From contig OY970359.1 in NCBI GenBank assembly GCA_963718665.1, positions 399,514 through 463,513 of the forward strand: 64,000 bases of DNA, read 5' to 3'. Positions within the stretch are counted from its first letter, which is position 1. The number at the start of each line of letters is the position of its first letter. Positions 21,471 to 31,398 of this stretch are shown piece after piece. Origin of the DNA: an uncultured Phycisphaerales bacterium. GTDB taxonomy: Bacteria > Planctomycetota > Phycisphaerae > Sedimentisphaerales > Anaerobacaceae. A program made the position numbers and the translations under genes. Under the pieces are notes generated by a model that was given only the letters and a program-made list of their open reading frames with translations, ran no database searches and had not been told where the DNA came from.

Positions 21471-21578
21471 ATTTTACAGTTTTTTAGTTGCTATTTATTA
21501 CTTCCGATTTACGACTGGAAGATATAAAATAGCAGATAGCAAAGCGAAAATCAAACAATGTAATTGCGGGAGGCAAAT

Positions 21579-22736
21579 ATGACTGAAGAATATTCAGTAA
21601 CTACCAAGGTGTACCCCACCGAAAATATGGGTCTGCTCAGCATGCAGGATATGCTTGCCTATTTCGAGAAAAGAGGAGCGATGCGGGTCTCGGACCTTCA
21701 CATCAAGGTCGGCGCCCCTCCCGCTTACCGAATCGACGGCGACATAACCTATCTTAAAGGCAGCCCCGTCACACCCGAAGTCGCCCAAAAGCTCATATTC
21801 CCAATCCTGAGCGAAGATAATATCCACAAGTATCAGCATGACAACGACGTCGATTGCTCATACCGCGTCGGGGCATTGCAGTTCCGCATAAACGTCTTTC
21901 GCGAAAACGACGGGGTAAGCGCCGCAATACGGGCGTTGTCGCTGGATATCCCCAAAGTCGAAACAATCGGCTTTCCGAACAATATCTGGGAGGACATTAT
22001 CGACCGCAAGCAGGGGCTGATACTGGTGACCGGAATTACGGGAGCCGGCAAATCAACAACAATATCGTCCCTGATAGACCGAATAAGCGAGAAAAAGGCC
22101 TCCCGGATTATAACGCTCGAAGACCCAATCGAGTATCTTCTTCCCAACAAGCACAGCATGGTGTCGCAGCGAGAGGTTGGCAGGGATGTAAAGTCATTCA
22201 GCCACGGCCTGCGGGCAATGATGCGTGAAGACCCCGACGTCATATTCGTAGGCGAGATGCGCGACTCCGAGACAATATCGATGACGCTTATGGCTGCCGA
22301 AACCGGACACCTGGTATTTTCAACCCTCCACACAAGAGACGCCACAGGCACAATAACCCGCATCCTGGATTATTTCCCGACCGGCAGGCAAAACGAAGTA
22401 CGCAACCAACTCTCGCTCGGACTTGCGTACATCATTTGTCAGAAACTAATCCCCAAAAAAGACGCCACCGGTCGTATTGCCGCAATGGAATTGCTCAACA
22501 ACAACAATTACGCCTGCGCAAACCTCATAAGGACGGGCAAAGTCGAACAGATATACTCCCAGCTTCAGACAAAGACACGCCCCAATCCTGACGAAAAAAT
22601 GATGACGATGGAAAGACACCTTGCCCAGCTGGTAAAGCAGGACAAAATCGACCTGCTCGAAGCGAAAAAATGGGCCAACGACCAGAAATCATTCGTTGAC
22701 GCGATGAAAATGGTGGAATCCGCCCCAGGCGAATAA
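21579..22736 (+). CDS. pilT: PilT-family type IV pilus retraction / secretion ATPase
   Basis: ATG at 21579 after GGGAGG. SDLHIKVGAPPAYRIDG, Walker A GITGAGKSTT, RIITLEDPIEY, REDPDVIFVGEMRD, GHLVFSTLHT. Confidence 0.88.
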   Translation: MTEEYSVTTKVYPTENMGLLSMQDMLAYFEKRGAMRVSDLHIKVGAPPAYRIDGDITYLKGSPVTPEVAQKLIFPILSEDNIHKYQHDNDVDCSYRVGALQFRINVFRENDGVSAAIRALSLDIPKVETIGFPNNIWEDIIDRKQGLILVTGITGAGKSTTISSLIDRISEKKASRIITLEDPIEYLLPNKHSMVSQREVGRDVKSFSHGLRAMMREDPDVIFVGEMRDSETISMTLMAAETGHLVFSTLHTRDATGTITRILDYFPTGRQNEVRNQLSLGLAYIICQKLIPKKDATGRIAAMELLNNNNYACANLIRTGKVEQIYSQLQTKTRPNPDEKMMTMERHLAQLVKQDKIDLLEAKKWANDQKSFVDAMKMVESAPGE

Positions 22737-22744
22737 AAAAAAAG

Positions 22745-23644
22745 ATGACGATACAGTTTCACTGTCCCAAATGCGGTTCTCTTATCGCCTTCACCGACAA
22801 ACACGCCGGCCAGTCCGCGAAATGCCTGACCTGCGGCCAGCGGCAGATAATACCCAAAAAATCAGACCAAACACCCCAAAAAATCGAGCTGAAAGTCGAG
22901 CCGGAATTTCCCCTGCCCGGATTTTATCGCGCCGTGTTCGTCGATAGCTGGAAGATATTTATCGACAAAAACAACCTGACCTCCCTTGTGTTCATAATTG
23001 CCGCGATATGCTTTAAGTTCTTCTCTGCCGGTGTCTGCTGCATGGCGGTTATAACGTATTTCGCCGTCTGGGGCTATTTTTTCGGATTCTATCTGCAAAT
23101 CATTCGTGAAACCGCCGAAGGCGAAGACAAGCTGCCCGAAATAGAAATGGGGACAAGCATCACGTTTCTGGGATACATATTCAAACCGATTTTCACCTTT
23201 GTATTCGCCGTCTTCATTGTACTGCTCCCATTCATAATCGCCCTCGCGTTTTTCAGCGATAAAGGCGTCACCTGGGAGAATATATGGGAAACAAAAACAG
23301 CCCTGAATCTGGTTCTGCGGGGATTGTTTGTCGCGGGGCTTTTCCTGTTCCCGATGGCCATACTGGTCGCCGCCGTCCTTGAAGACCTTCCCGAACTGCT
23401 CCGTTTTGACCGCCTGTTTGTCCCCGTCATCAGGGCGTTTATTCCGTATTTGGTGGTCGTAGGCCTTCTCGCCGCCGCCTGCTTCATCGAAAATAACGCC
23501 GAAAAATATGATTGGTCATCGACGCCGCAAATCGCCGGAATACTCGCGATAAACCTGGCCGGTCAGGTTGTCGCGATTATTGCTATGCGTTCGATAGGGC
23601 TTTTTTACAGACACTACGTCTGCTATTTCGGCAAATCGTGGTGA
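22745..23644 (+). CDS. Zinc-ribbon plus polytopic membrane protein (DUF4013-like architecture)
   Basis: N-terminal CPKCG...CLTCG zinc ribbon followed by about 6 TM helices. Starts 9 nt after the pilT stop. Confidence 0.6.
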   Translation: MTIQFHCPKCGSLIAFTDKHAGQSAKCLTCGQRQIIPKKSDQTPQKIELKVEPEFPLPGFYRAVFVDSWKIFIDKNNLTSLVFIIAAICFKFFSAGVCCMAVITYFAVWGYFFGFYLQIIRETAEGEDKLPEIEMGTSITFLGYIFKPIFTFVFAVFIVLLPFIIALAFFSDKGVTWENIWETKTALNLVLRGLFVAGLFLFPMAILVAAVLEDLPELLRFDRLFVPVIRAFIPYLVVVGLLAAACFIENNAEKYDWSSTPQIAGILAINLAGQVVAIIAMRSIGLFYRHYVCYFGKSW

Positions 23645-24026
23645 AGTTATACCTGCGTCGTATTGTCGGGAAATAAAAAAGGACCTTTGCGCAGGCGGCG
23701 CAAAAGCCCTAACTCGGAAAGAAACTTATATGGCCCCCCCAACCCTTCGCCAGTATGCCTTAACACAGGGCGAGAGTTGTTGTATTTGCCGATCCTGACT
23801 CGGCCCGGAAAGATGGTGCCGGCAGGAACGATATTGGACGGCCATTGTGCCACATTTAAGTGGTGGCTATGTCCGCTTTATCCGCTCTCTCCATTAAACA
23901 ATAGGAAATAAAACCCGCCGTGCCAAACCGCCGGATGACAGAAAACAGATGACGGAAAAATAGGGTATCTGCCCTCCGTCCACAGTCCGCCTGTCCTGAG
24001 CAAAGTCGAAGGGCTGTCTTCTATTA

Positions 24027-24968
24027 TTATTCCCTCGCCTTTGCGAACCAGTCCGGGTCTTTTGCCAGCTTTTCGCGGGCATCATCCGTCATCATCATAA
24101 ACGCCGGATGTGTGCTCTCCCAGGCACGTCCGGTAAAGGGGCTGTTCCGCATCTTTTCAATCTCGCGGACGACATCGCCAAAATAGCTGCCGTAAATATG
24201 AAGTGAGTCGCTTATATCTACGTATCTGCCGACAGCGACGGGCTTGTTTATCTTCTCTGAAATCTTTCCGGCTATTGTCCTTTGCAGGTCCGTCAGCGCG
24301 TAAACATTCATAAACCACGCCTTATACAAATCCCTGCTTCGCCAGTGCGTGTTCATATTCAGCACATAGCCGCCCGCGTTATCCGCCACCAGCCGGCACC
24401 ATATCCTCTGCAAACATGGCGGGTCGTCGGTCGCCGGGTCAGCCGTAGGCATCCACGTTATCGCCTGCGCCCTTCGGGTATGCGCGACCTTCGACAAGGC
24501 GTCGATAATATACTGAATCTGGTTTACTTTTTTGAATGGCTTTTTGGCCTTGGGGTTTCTTATGTCCTCAACCGGCGAATACGCAAACACACGCTCGTGA
24601 TAAGTATATGTCCATTTGCCCGCCGCTGGGTCTATCCAGTGGTCGTGAATGCCGTCAACCACCTCCTGCCTGTATGCCTCAAGCTCCTCGGGGCCGCCCG
24701 GAAAATTCTTGTGTATCCTCGGCTCGCTGAACGGCTCCGCGACCGTTATCATTACCGTCGCGTCCTTGCTTGGCGGGTCGTCGGGCTTGTCGTATTGCGT
24801 CTTCATATCAAGCCCCTGGTCCCATACCGCCAATACCGCCTTCTCCCATGCCTCAGGCAAACATCTCGCTGTTACTGAAATCACCGGGAGATTTGCATTT
24901 AACAATTGCGGTGAACTTGCCTGCACTGAGCTTTGCCGAAGTGTCGAATCCATCTCTGGCTCCTCCAT
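24027..24968 (-). CDS. Thymidylate synthase-family protein (divergent, archaeal-like ThyA type)
   Basis: PPCLQRIWC (nucleophile Cys region), HWRSRDLYKAWFMNVYAL (compare YQRS.D..LG.PFN), DSLHIYGSY (compare D.HiY.NH). Confidence 0.7.
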   Translation of the reverse strand: MEEPEMDSTLRQSSVQASSPQLLNANLPVISVTARCLPEAWEKAVLAVWDQGLDMKTQYDKPDDPPSKDATVMITVAEPFSEPRIHKNFPGGPEELEAYRQEVVDGIHDHWIDPAAGKWTYTYHERVFAYSPVEDIRNPKAKKPFKKVNQIQYIIDALSKVAHTRRAQAITWMPTADPATDDPPCLQRIWCRLVADNAGGYVLNMNTHWRSRDLYKAWFMNVYALTDLQRTIAGKISEKINKPVAVGRYVDISDSLHIYGSYFGDVVREIEKMRNSPFTGRAWESTHPAFMMMTDDAREKLAKDPDWFAKARE

Positions 24969-25029
24969 AAGCTATATTGTTTATCATTCCCGACACGGCG
25001 GGAATCCATCTTTATTTCAAGATTTCGAG

Positions 25030-25548
25030 CTATTTGCTGAGATCTAATTCGTCGGGGGTAATGTGAAAGAACTCGCGTTTATTCGCCGGCAGTTCTGTCG
25101 CCAGCGTACGTTTGGCCTTATATGCGTATTCGCTGCCCGGATATCTCTCGATTATCTGCCTGCAATATTGCACCATCGCCCCATAACCTACTCCCGGCAA
25201 CTGGGCCATTTTTCGCTGCTGTATCGCCAGCTCGTATAATTGTTCTGCACCGGCTTTTTCATCCTCGGTTAGCTCTCTGAATTTCCGCGGTTCGGCTGGG
25301 GGCTGCTGCGCAACCGGTTGCACTGCCTCCGGCTGTGACGTTGTCGGCTGTGCAGGTGCATTCGTCTCTGCCAGATTCGGCTCGGCACGCATACGTTGCT
25401 CATCATGACGAAATGTGTCCCCAACCGTCCTCTCCGGCTCCGCTGGTTTCGACATTTGATTAGCTACCTTGCTGACAATAACAAAAATAACCACCAGCAA
25501 CACTACCACCGCCACTATTTTCAACCAAACCGTACTCATAACAATCAT
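25030..25548 (-). CDS. Membrane-anchored hypothetical protein (N-terminal TM, P/Q/A-rich linker, helical C-terminal domain)
   Basis: 172 aa. TM helix WLKIVAVVVLLVVIFVIV. No family recognised. Confidence 0.5.
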   Translation of the reverse strand: MIVMSTVWLKIVAVVVLLVVIFVIVSKVANQMSKPAEPERTVGDTFRHDEQRMRAEPNLAETNAPAQPTTSQPEAVQPVAQQPPAEPRKFRELTEDEKAGAEQLYELAIQQRKMAQLPGVGYGAMVQYCRQIIERYPGSEYAYKAKRTLATELPANKREFFHITPDELDLSK

Positions 25549-25662
25549 GCCTCCAATTATTCCCGGCGATTGATTATTCGCGCCGGATTGCCTACAATTA
25601 ACTTGCTATACTATGTATTCTACACTGAATCGTAAATTGAAAATACGGAATAGTCAATTGCT

Positions 25663-26304
25663 ATGTTCACAGGAATAATCCAGCAGGTTTGCGAGGTAAA
25701 GGCACTTTCCAAAAGCGGCGATTCCGCTGCGCTTACTATTGATCTCGGCCAATTGGTTAATCAGGCCAAAACCGGCGACAGCATAGCCATAAATGGCGCC
25801 TGCCTGACCGTCTCGAAACTCGCCGGCACACTGGCAACCTTCGACGTCAGCGGCGAAACGCTCACCAAAACCACCATTGGCAAACTGGCCCCTGGCGCAA
25901 AGGTCAATATCGAGCTTGCCCTGCGTGCCGACGACCGATTCGGAGGCCATTTCGTCTTGGGCCACATCGATGGTTCCGCAACCATACGAAAAATCGATAA
26001 AAACATCGATTTCGCAACCTTCACCTTCACCGCCTCAAAAGACCTGCTCGACCAGATGATTTCAAAGGGGTCGGTCGCAGTCGATGGTATCTCACTAACA
26101 ATAGCCGAATTGAATCCCGATGGTTTCACTGTAGCAGTCATCCCGCAAACGCTTAAAGAAACCACCCTCGGGCGAGCCAAAATAACTGCGCAGGTAAACA
26201 TAGAAATTGATATAATAACCAAGACGGTCAGAAAGTACCTGCAGCAGCTCTCGCCGGAGAAATCTGGCCTGACCCTCGAAGACCTCAGACAGCAGGGTTT
26301 TTGA
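25663..26304 (+). CDS. ribE: Riboflavin synthase
   Basis: MFTGIIQQVCEVK..., two lumazine-binding repeats (SIAINGACLTV / SVAVDGISLTI). Confidence 0.93.
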   Translation: MFTGIIQQVCEVKALSKSGDSAALTIDLGQLVNQAKTGDSIAINGACLTVSKLAGTLATFDVSGETLTKTTIGKLAPGAKVNIELALRADDRFGGHFVLGHIDGSATIRKIDKNIDFATFTFTASKDLLDQMISKGSVAVDGISLTIAELNPDGFTVAVIPQTLKETTLGRAKITAQVNIEIDIITKTVRKYLQQLSPEKSGLTLEDLRQQGF

Positions 26305-26311
26305 GTACCTC

Positions 26312-27406
26312 ATGAAAGTAAACAATCGTCTAAATACAGGTATGAACAATATTACAAATCACAATTCGATAAGTGAAGAGCCGGTCATCGGCATAACGAT
26401 GGGCGACCCCGCCGGTATCGGGCCGGAAGTCGTCGTAAAGGCGCTCGCCGACCCGGCCATAAGACGTTGCGCCAAGTTCATCGTCTTCGGGATGGATGAG
26501 CAGTTGCGCTACGCCGCGGACAAAACGGAAATTGAGCCGTTCTGGGGCAGGCATCAGCACGAAAAAATCAGCAGGGACTATCCCCATAAGGTTGTGGTTG
26601 CCGATTATGATGAGTTTTCAGTGCCCCCCTGGATAAGAGAACCGACAGAAATTGCCGGCGCTGCCTCTCTGAAATTCTGCACCGACGCGATTGATGCCGC
26701 ACAAAGGGACATTATCGACGCGGTGGTAACGGCGCCGATAAACAAAACAAGCTGGAAATTAGCCGGCTCGCACTGGCCCGGACATACCGAAATGTTCGCC
26801 AAACTCTGCAAATCGCCCCGAAAGGCAATGATGTTTGTCGCGGGGCCGTTGAAGCTTGCGCTGGCGACGATTCACGAGGCGTTATTCGAGGTGCGCCATA
26901 AATTCACAATCGGCAGGGTATTCGAACCGATTGACCTGCTCAATATCGCCCTCAAGGAATACTTCGACATCGAAAACCCCAAAATCGGCGTCGCCGCCCT
27001 CAACCCACACGCGGGCGAAAACGGCCAGTTCGGCGACGAGGAACAACGCATCATTTCCCCGGCAATCCTGATGGCGCAGGGCCAGGGCATCGATTGTTTC
27101 GGGCCGATTTCCGCAGACACGCTTTTCCTGCGGGCAGTCCATGGCGAATTCGACGGCGTCGTCGCGATGTATCACGACCAGGGTATGATACCGGTCAAAC
27201 TGCTCGCCTTCGACAAAGCGGTCAATGTTACTATAGGCCTTCCGATTATCCGCACCTCTCCCGCTCACGGCACCGCCTTCGACATCGCAGGCAAAAATAT
27301 CGCCGACCCATCCAGTATGATGGAAGCCATAAAGGTCGCCGTCCAGATGGTGCAGACAAAAAAGGCACATCCGGCTGGTGCGGTTGCAGTTAAAAAAAGC
27401 ACCTGA
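26312..27406 (+). CDS. pdxA: 4-hydroxythreonine-4-phosphate dehydrogenase
   Basis: ITMGDPAGIGPEV, GHTEMFA, ALNPHAGENG, MYHDQGMIPVK, IRTSPAHGTAFDIAG. The true start may be a downstream Met. Confidence 0.9.
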   Translation: MKVNNRLNTGMNNITNHNSISEEPVIGITMGDPAGIGPEVVVKALADPAIRRCAKFIVFGMDEQLRYAADKTEIEPFWGRHQHEKISRDYPHKVVVADYDEFSVPPWIREPTEIAGAASLKFCTDAIDAAQRDIIDAVVTAPINKTSWKLAGSHWPGHTEMFAKLCKSPRKAMMFVAGPLKLALATIHEALFEVRHKFTIGRVFEPIDLLNIALKEYFDIENPKIGVAALNPHAGENGQFGDEEQRIISPAILMAQGQGIDCFGPISADTLFLRAVHGEFDGVVAMYHDQGMIPVKLLAFDKAVNVTIGLPIIRTSPAHGTAFDIAGKNIADPSSMMEAIKVAVQMVQTKKAHPAGAVAVKKST

Positions 27407-27407
27407 T

Positions 27408-28292
27408 ATGCAAACCAAACAGCAAATCCGTGAGTTGCTCGATTCCGCGGGAGTAAGACCCAACAAGCGATTCGGCCAGAACTTCCTCATCGACCTCAAC
27501 CTGATGCGCCTGCTCATCGACACCGCAAACATTCAGAATAACGACGTTGTCCTCGAAGTCGGGCCCGGCACCGGCTCGCTTACCCAGGCAATCGCCGAAA
27601 AAGCGGGCTTCTGTGTCTCAGTTGAAATAGACAGCGTCCTCGCCAATATCGCCAAAGGGCAACTCGCCGACAAATCAAACGTCGAAATCATCGCAGCCGA
27701 TGTTCTTAAAAATAAATTTGAAATCGAACCCGTCGTAATCGACGTTTTGAATCGCGCCCGTGCAATTCACAACGGACGATTACTTCTCGTCGCCAATTTG
27801 CCCTATATCGCCGCAACCCCCCTGATTATCAACCTCATTACAGGCCCAATTATCGCGGACGCGATGTTCGTTACAGTCCAGAAAGAAGTCGCTGACAGGA
27901 TGAACTCGCAGGCGGGCATAAAAGATTACGGAATCCTCAGCATACTAATGGCCGCGACAGGCGAAGTCAGACATATCAGGACATTGAAACCAACCGTTTT
28001 CTGGCCTCAGCCGCAGGTCAATTCTGCTTTTATATCCTACGCCCGCGACCTCGAAAAAGTAAAATTAATTAAAAGTGTCGAAATGCTGAGCCGCGTCGCA
28101 GGCGCACTTTTGCAGCACCGCCGCAAGATGCTCAAAAGCTGCTGCAAACTTACAGCCGACCAACTGGGGGAAATTAAGAACTGGCCTGAGATTTTAAATC
28201 AACTCGGCATCGACCCGGAAATCAGACCCGATAACCTCACCCCGGAACAATTCGTCGCAATCGCCAATCTGTGCAACGAAACTAAACGATAG
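27408..28292 (+). CDS. rsmA: 16S rRNA (adenine1518/1519-N6)-dimethyltransferase
   Basis: ATG at 27408, just after the pdxA stop. KRFGQNFLIDLNL, VLEVGPGTGSLT, ANLPYIAATPLI. Confidence 0.92.
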   Translation: MQTKQQIRELLDSAGVRPNKRFGQNFLIDLNLMRLLIDTANIQNNDVVLEVGPGTGSLTQAIAEKAGFCVSVEIDSVLANIAKGQLADKSNVEIIAADVLKNKFEIEPVVIDVLNRARAIHNGRLLLVANLPYIAATPLIINLITGPIIADAMFVTVQKEVADRMNSQAGIKDYGILSILMAATGEVRHIRTLKPTVFWPQPQVNSAFISYARDLEKVKLIKSVEMLSRVAGALLQHRRKMLKSCCKLTADQLGEIKNWPEILNQLGIDPEIRPDNLTPEQFVAIANLCNETKR

Positions 28293-29136
28293 CTTCGCCG
28301 TGCCGATGGCTGTGGCATTCGATATTCACCGCGACGGGAAGTGACGCGATATGACAAGGTGCGGTCTCAATCAGAACAGCCAAAGCAGTCGTGTCCCCGC
28401 CAAGACCCTGCGGGCCAACTCCCAGCCGATTGATTCTGATAAGCAAATCCTTCTCTAATCCGGCGTAAAACAAATCAGCGTTTGACTTATCGATGCTGCG
28501 AACCAGCGCCTTTTTACTCAACAGGCAGCTAACCTCGAAATTGCCCCCGATGCCGACACCCACGACAAAAGGCGGGCAGGCGTCCGCGCCGGCATTTTTA
28601 ACAACCTCAACCACCCAGTCGATAATCTCCTCTGTTCCCGCTGTCGGCTTGAACATCCGAAATGCGCTTTTATTTTCGCATCCGCCGCCTTTGGCCATAA
28701 AAGTTATTTTGAGCTTGTCCCCAGGCACTATCGACCAGTGGATAATAGCCGGGCAGTTATTGCCCGTGTTTTTGCGGTGCTGCATCGGCTCACTTACTAC
28801 GCTTTTACGCAAGATACCTTTTTCGTACCCGGCTGTTACCCCCGCGTTAATCGCATCGACAGCCGTCCTGCCTGCGGGACATTCGATAAACACCTCGCCC
28901 CCCTGCTCGATAAAAACAACCGCAAGCCCCGTATCCTGGCAAAGCGGTATCCGCTCCTTCGAAGCCAGATGCGCGTTTTCAACTAATTGCTGAAGTATTT
29001 TTGCCGCTAAAGGATTCGATTCCTTTTTGGCGGCCGTGGTAAGAGCCGTCAGTACATCGGCAGGCAGCTCGTAAGCCGATTTTATGCAAAGCTCCTTGAC
29101 CGCGTCAACAATTTTTGAATACGCAATATGCCGCAC
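28282..29136 (-). CDS. Class I (Fe-S) fumarate/tartrate hydro-lyase, alpha-type subunit
   Basis: 284 aa; IPLCQDTGLAVVFIEQG and the overall pattern of the hydro-lyase alpha domain. No beta subunit is adjacent. Confidence 0.8.
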   Translation of the reverse strand: MRHIAYSKIVDAVKELCIKSAYELPADVLTALTTAAKKESNPLAAKILQQLVENAHLASKERIPLCQDTGLAVVFIEQGGEVFIECPAGRTAVDAINAGVTAGYEKGILRKSVVSEPMQHRKNTGNNCPAIIHWSIVPGDKLKITFMAKGGGCENKSAFRMFKPTAGTEEIIDWVVEVVKNAGADACPPFVVGVGIGGNFEVSCLLSKKALVRSIDKSNADLFYAGLEKDLLIRINRLGVGPQGLGGDTTALAVLIETAPCHIASLPVAVNIECHSHRHGEAIV

Positions 29137-29142
29137 GACAGT

Positions 29143-31398
29143 TTACTTATCTTCTATATTGATAACATAGCTCTTGTAGGACGTATTACCTACCGCGTCG
29201 GCCAGTTTAAACGAAATTATGTGCTGACCCGCGGACAGTTTCTCCACAATAATCGTGAAGTCCTTGCTCGTAGTATCATAAATCAGGTCATCCGGCACAG
29301 TCGCAATCCAGTTGGCGTCGCTGTCAACCGTGTATTCGACTTTGCCGATAGCGCTAAGCTCATCGCTGACCGTCATTTTAATCGTTATCTTTCTGCCGGC
29401 CTTTTCGAGTTTGTATTTCACTATCGAAGGCGGTGTATTATCAACAACTACCGCGTCGCTTACCCGGCTGCCCGTTAGTTTGGTCTCGGGCGAATTGCTT
29501 CTCTCATCGCTTGCCGTAACCCTGATTTCGTACCTGCCGTCCTCGACAGTTCTGCCGTCCCATTCATAACTACCAGTCTCAACATCGTGTGCCGCCTCAA
29601 TCCAGCCAGCCCAACCTATTTTCCTGAAATCTATTTTGTAAATCAGCTTGTCACCGTTGTCGTCTTTGGCATCGTAACTGATTTTGAATACGCCATTTTT
29701 GCCCGGCCCTTCCATCCGCGTTACGTTCACCGATTCAATCCTCGGCGCCAGATTTGGAACCGCCGATGGCACCACGACTTCACGCACAACCGGGCTGGCC
29801 TTTCCATCGCTGCCTCGCAGCACGAGTTTATACTGGCAGAACCTGTTCACGGGACAATCCAGCTGCACAGGGCCGGTAACTTCCTTCGGCTCCGTCCACT
29901 TTGAAAAACTCTTGTCGTTTATGTCTTTCACATTCCCACTGCGACAGGCCATCAGCACCCTGCATCCCTGCGGCACGTCAGCTTCAATCTGAAGTTTGCC
30001 CCACTTCGCCGGCTGGCCCGCGTCAACAAGTCCCGACGTATATACGCCCTCACTCGCAAAAACCTTTCCCAGCTTTACCAGCCGGGCAGGATTCGCCATC
30101 CCGACATACGCGTTATCGCCGACCACAGTGACAGCCGTAATCTGCGACGCCTGCTTGTCTTCAAAAACAATCGCCTCTTCCTCTGAATTCGGCTCCACAG
30201 CAAAAAGCTTGGCGGTGTTGCCCGTTCCAACCAAAAGCTCCTTACCCTGCGCCGCTAAGCAGAAAAATACTGCGGACTCATTGAATATATCCGTAACAAA
30301 GCCGTCTTTTGTAACCTTGTAAATATGGCTCGCCTGTGTGGGGTTCGGCGGCATTGGAACAGGCGTTTTATGCTCCGCTGGCTGTTCGCCCGCCGACTCC
30401 TTTGTGTTGGCAATCTGAAGTTTTGTCCCGCCGCTGCCCTCTTCAGCTTCACCTTCTTCGTCATCATCCTGCTTTTCAGGACGACCCGCCTGTGGCTGCT
30501 GAGCGGCAAATTTTGTCTCGGCCCCAACCGCATTGGCTGAAGTAGCCGTCGCATACAACTCCTCACCCATGAAAACCAACGCCGTTATTTCCTGCTGCTC
30601 ACTGTCATACAAAATCGCGGCGTCTTTTGTCTTCGTATTTATCCTGTAAATAAGCCCTCGGCTGTCACTGCCGGCGTAAATAAAACCGTCAGGCCCCTGC
30701 GCAAGCGAAAGTATGTTCTTGTCGGAACTGCCATACAGCACCTCGCCGCGCTTTCCCGAGGAATCGACACGATAAATCTTGCCTTTCGGCCCCGTTCCAA
30801 GATAAATATCCCCCCCCTTGTCCGCCAAGATTGCGAATATGTAATTCGCGTCGTTCGGCTCAAAAATCGTTTTCAGCTCGCCGCCTTCCAGCCGGCACAA
30901 CGCGCACCTCTGCCCGCTTATGCCCACCAAAAGATGTCCCGAAGCATCCGCCGCCATCGCGAAAATATGCTCATTGGCAAAATGCTTGTCCTGCTTAACC
31001 GCATTTGGGTCATTAGGTTCATTGACTTCACGGTCGTTACTGTCCTTGGGACGCTCCTTCTTTGTCAATTTCGCCGCGTAAATCTTTTTCAACCCGCCCG
31101 CGCCGAATGAGTAAACCCCGCCGTTCGGGCTTGTCCCCACATACACGGTATCTCCGATTGAAACGATACTGTTGATTGACCAGACGTCATCGAACTGCTT
31201 CACAAGGATTTCGGCACGCCTGCCTAATTGTATCGTCCCGCGGGAGCCGATTACCACGTCGTTCACCTCGCCTTTTTGAAATTCACGGCTGCTGTTATGA
31301 CGGGTGATTTTGCTCGTCACCGCGCTGCAAAAAGAAGCCGACAGGCACACTAAAAACATTATCGCGAAAACATATTTTGACTGCATTTTCTTAATCAC
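29143..31398 (-). CDS. Secreted repeat protein, predicted beta-propeller N-terminal half and Ig-like C-terminal domains
   Basis: Signal peptide MQSKYVFAIMFLVCLSASFCSA. Recurring G..YvG(T/S)...g.iYr blades. C-terminal DNTPPS... Ig-like modules. 4-nt overlap with the upstream gene. Confidence 0.55.
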   Translation of the reverse strand: MIKKMQSKYVFAIMFLVCLSASFCSAVTSKITRHNSSREFQKGEVNDVVIGSRGTIQLGRRAEILVKQFDDVWSINSIVSIGDTVYVGTSPNGGVYSFGAGGLKKIYAAKLTKKERPKDSNDREVNEPNDPNAVKQDKHFANEHIFAMAADASGHLLVGISGQRCALCRLEGGELKTIFEPNDANYIFAILADKGGDIYLGTGPKGKIYRVDSSGKRGEVLYGSSDKNILSLAQGPDGFIYAGSDSRGLIYRINTKTKDAAILYDSEQQEITALVFMGEELYATATSANAVGAETKFAAQQPQAGRPEKQDDDEEGEAEEGSGGTKLQIANTKESAGEQPAEHKTPVPMPPNPTQASHIYKVTKDGFVTDIFNESAVFFCLAAQGKELLVGTGNTAKLFAVEPNSEEEAIVFEDKQASQITAVTVVGDNAYVGMANPARLVKLGKVFASEGVYTSGLVDAGQPAKWGKLQIEADVPQGCRVLMACRSGNVKDINDKSFSKWTEPKEVTGPVQLDCPVNRFCQYKLVLRGSDGKASPVVREVVVPSAVPNLAPRIESVNVTRMEGPGKNGVFKISYDAKDDNGDKLIYKIDFRKIGWAGWIEAAHDVETGSYEWDGRTVEDGRYEIRVTASDERSNSPETKLTGSRVSDAVVVDNTPPSIVKYKLEKAGRKITIKMTVSDELSAIGKVEYTVDSDANWIATVPDDLIYDTTSKDFTIIVEKLSAGQHIISFKLADAVGNTSYKSYVINIEDK

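Noticed and set aside
23784-23816. Possible SRP (4.5S) RNA, because ...GGCCCGGAAAGAUGGUGCCGGCAGG superficially resembles the helix-8 GGUCCGGAAGGAAGCAGCC motif
   Set aside because: The conserved GGAA tetraloop closure and the AGCA of the asymmetric loop are not present, and I could not build the long SRP hairpin around it.
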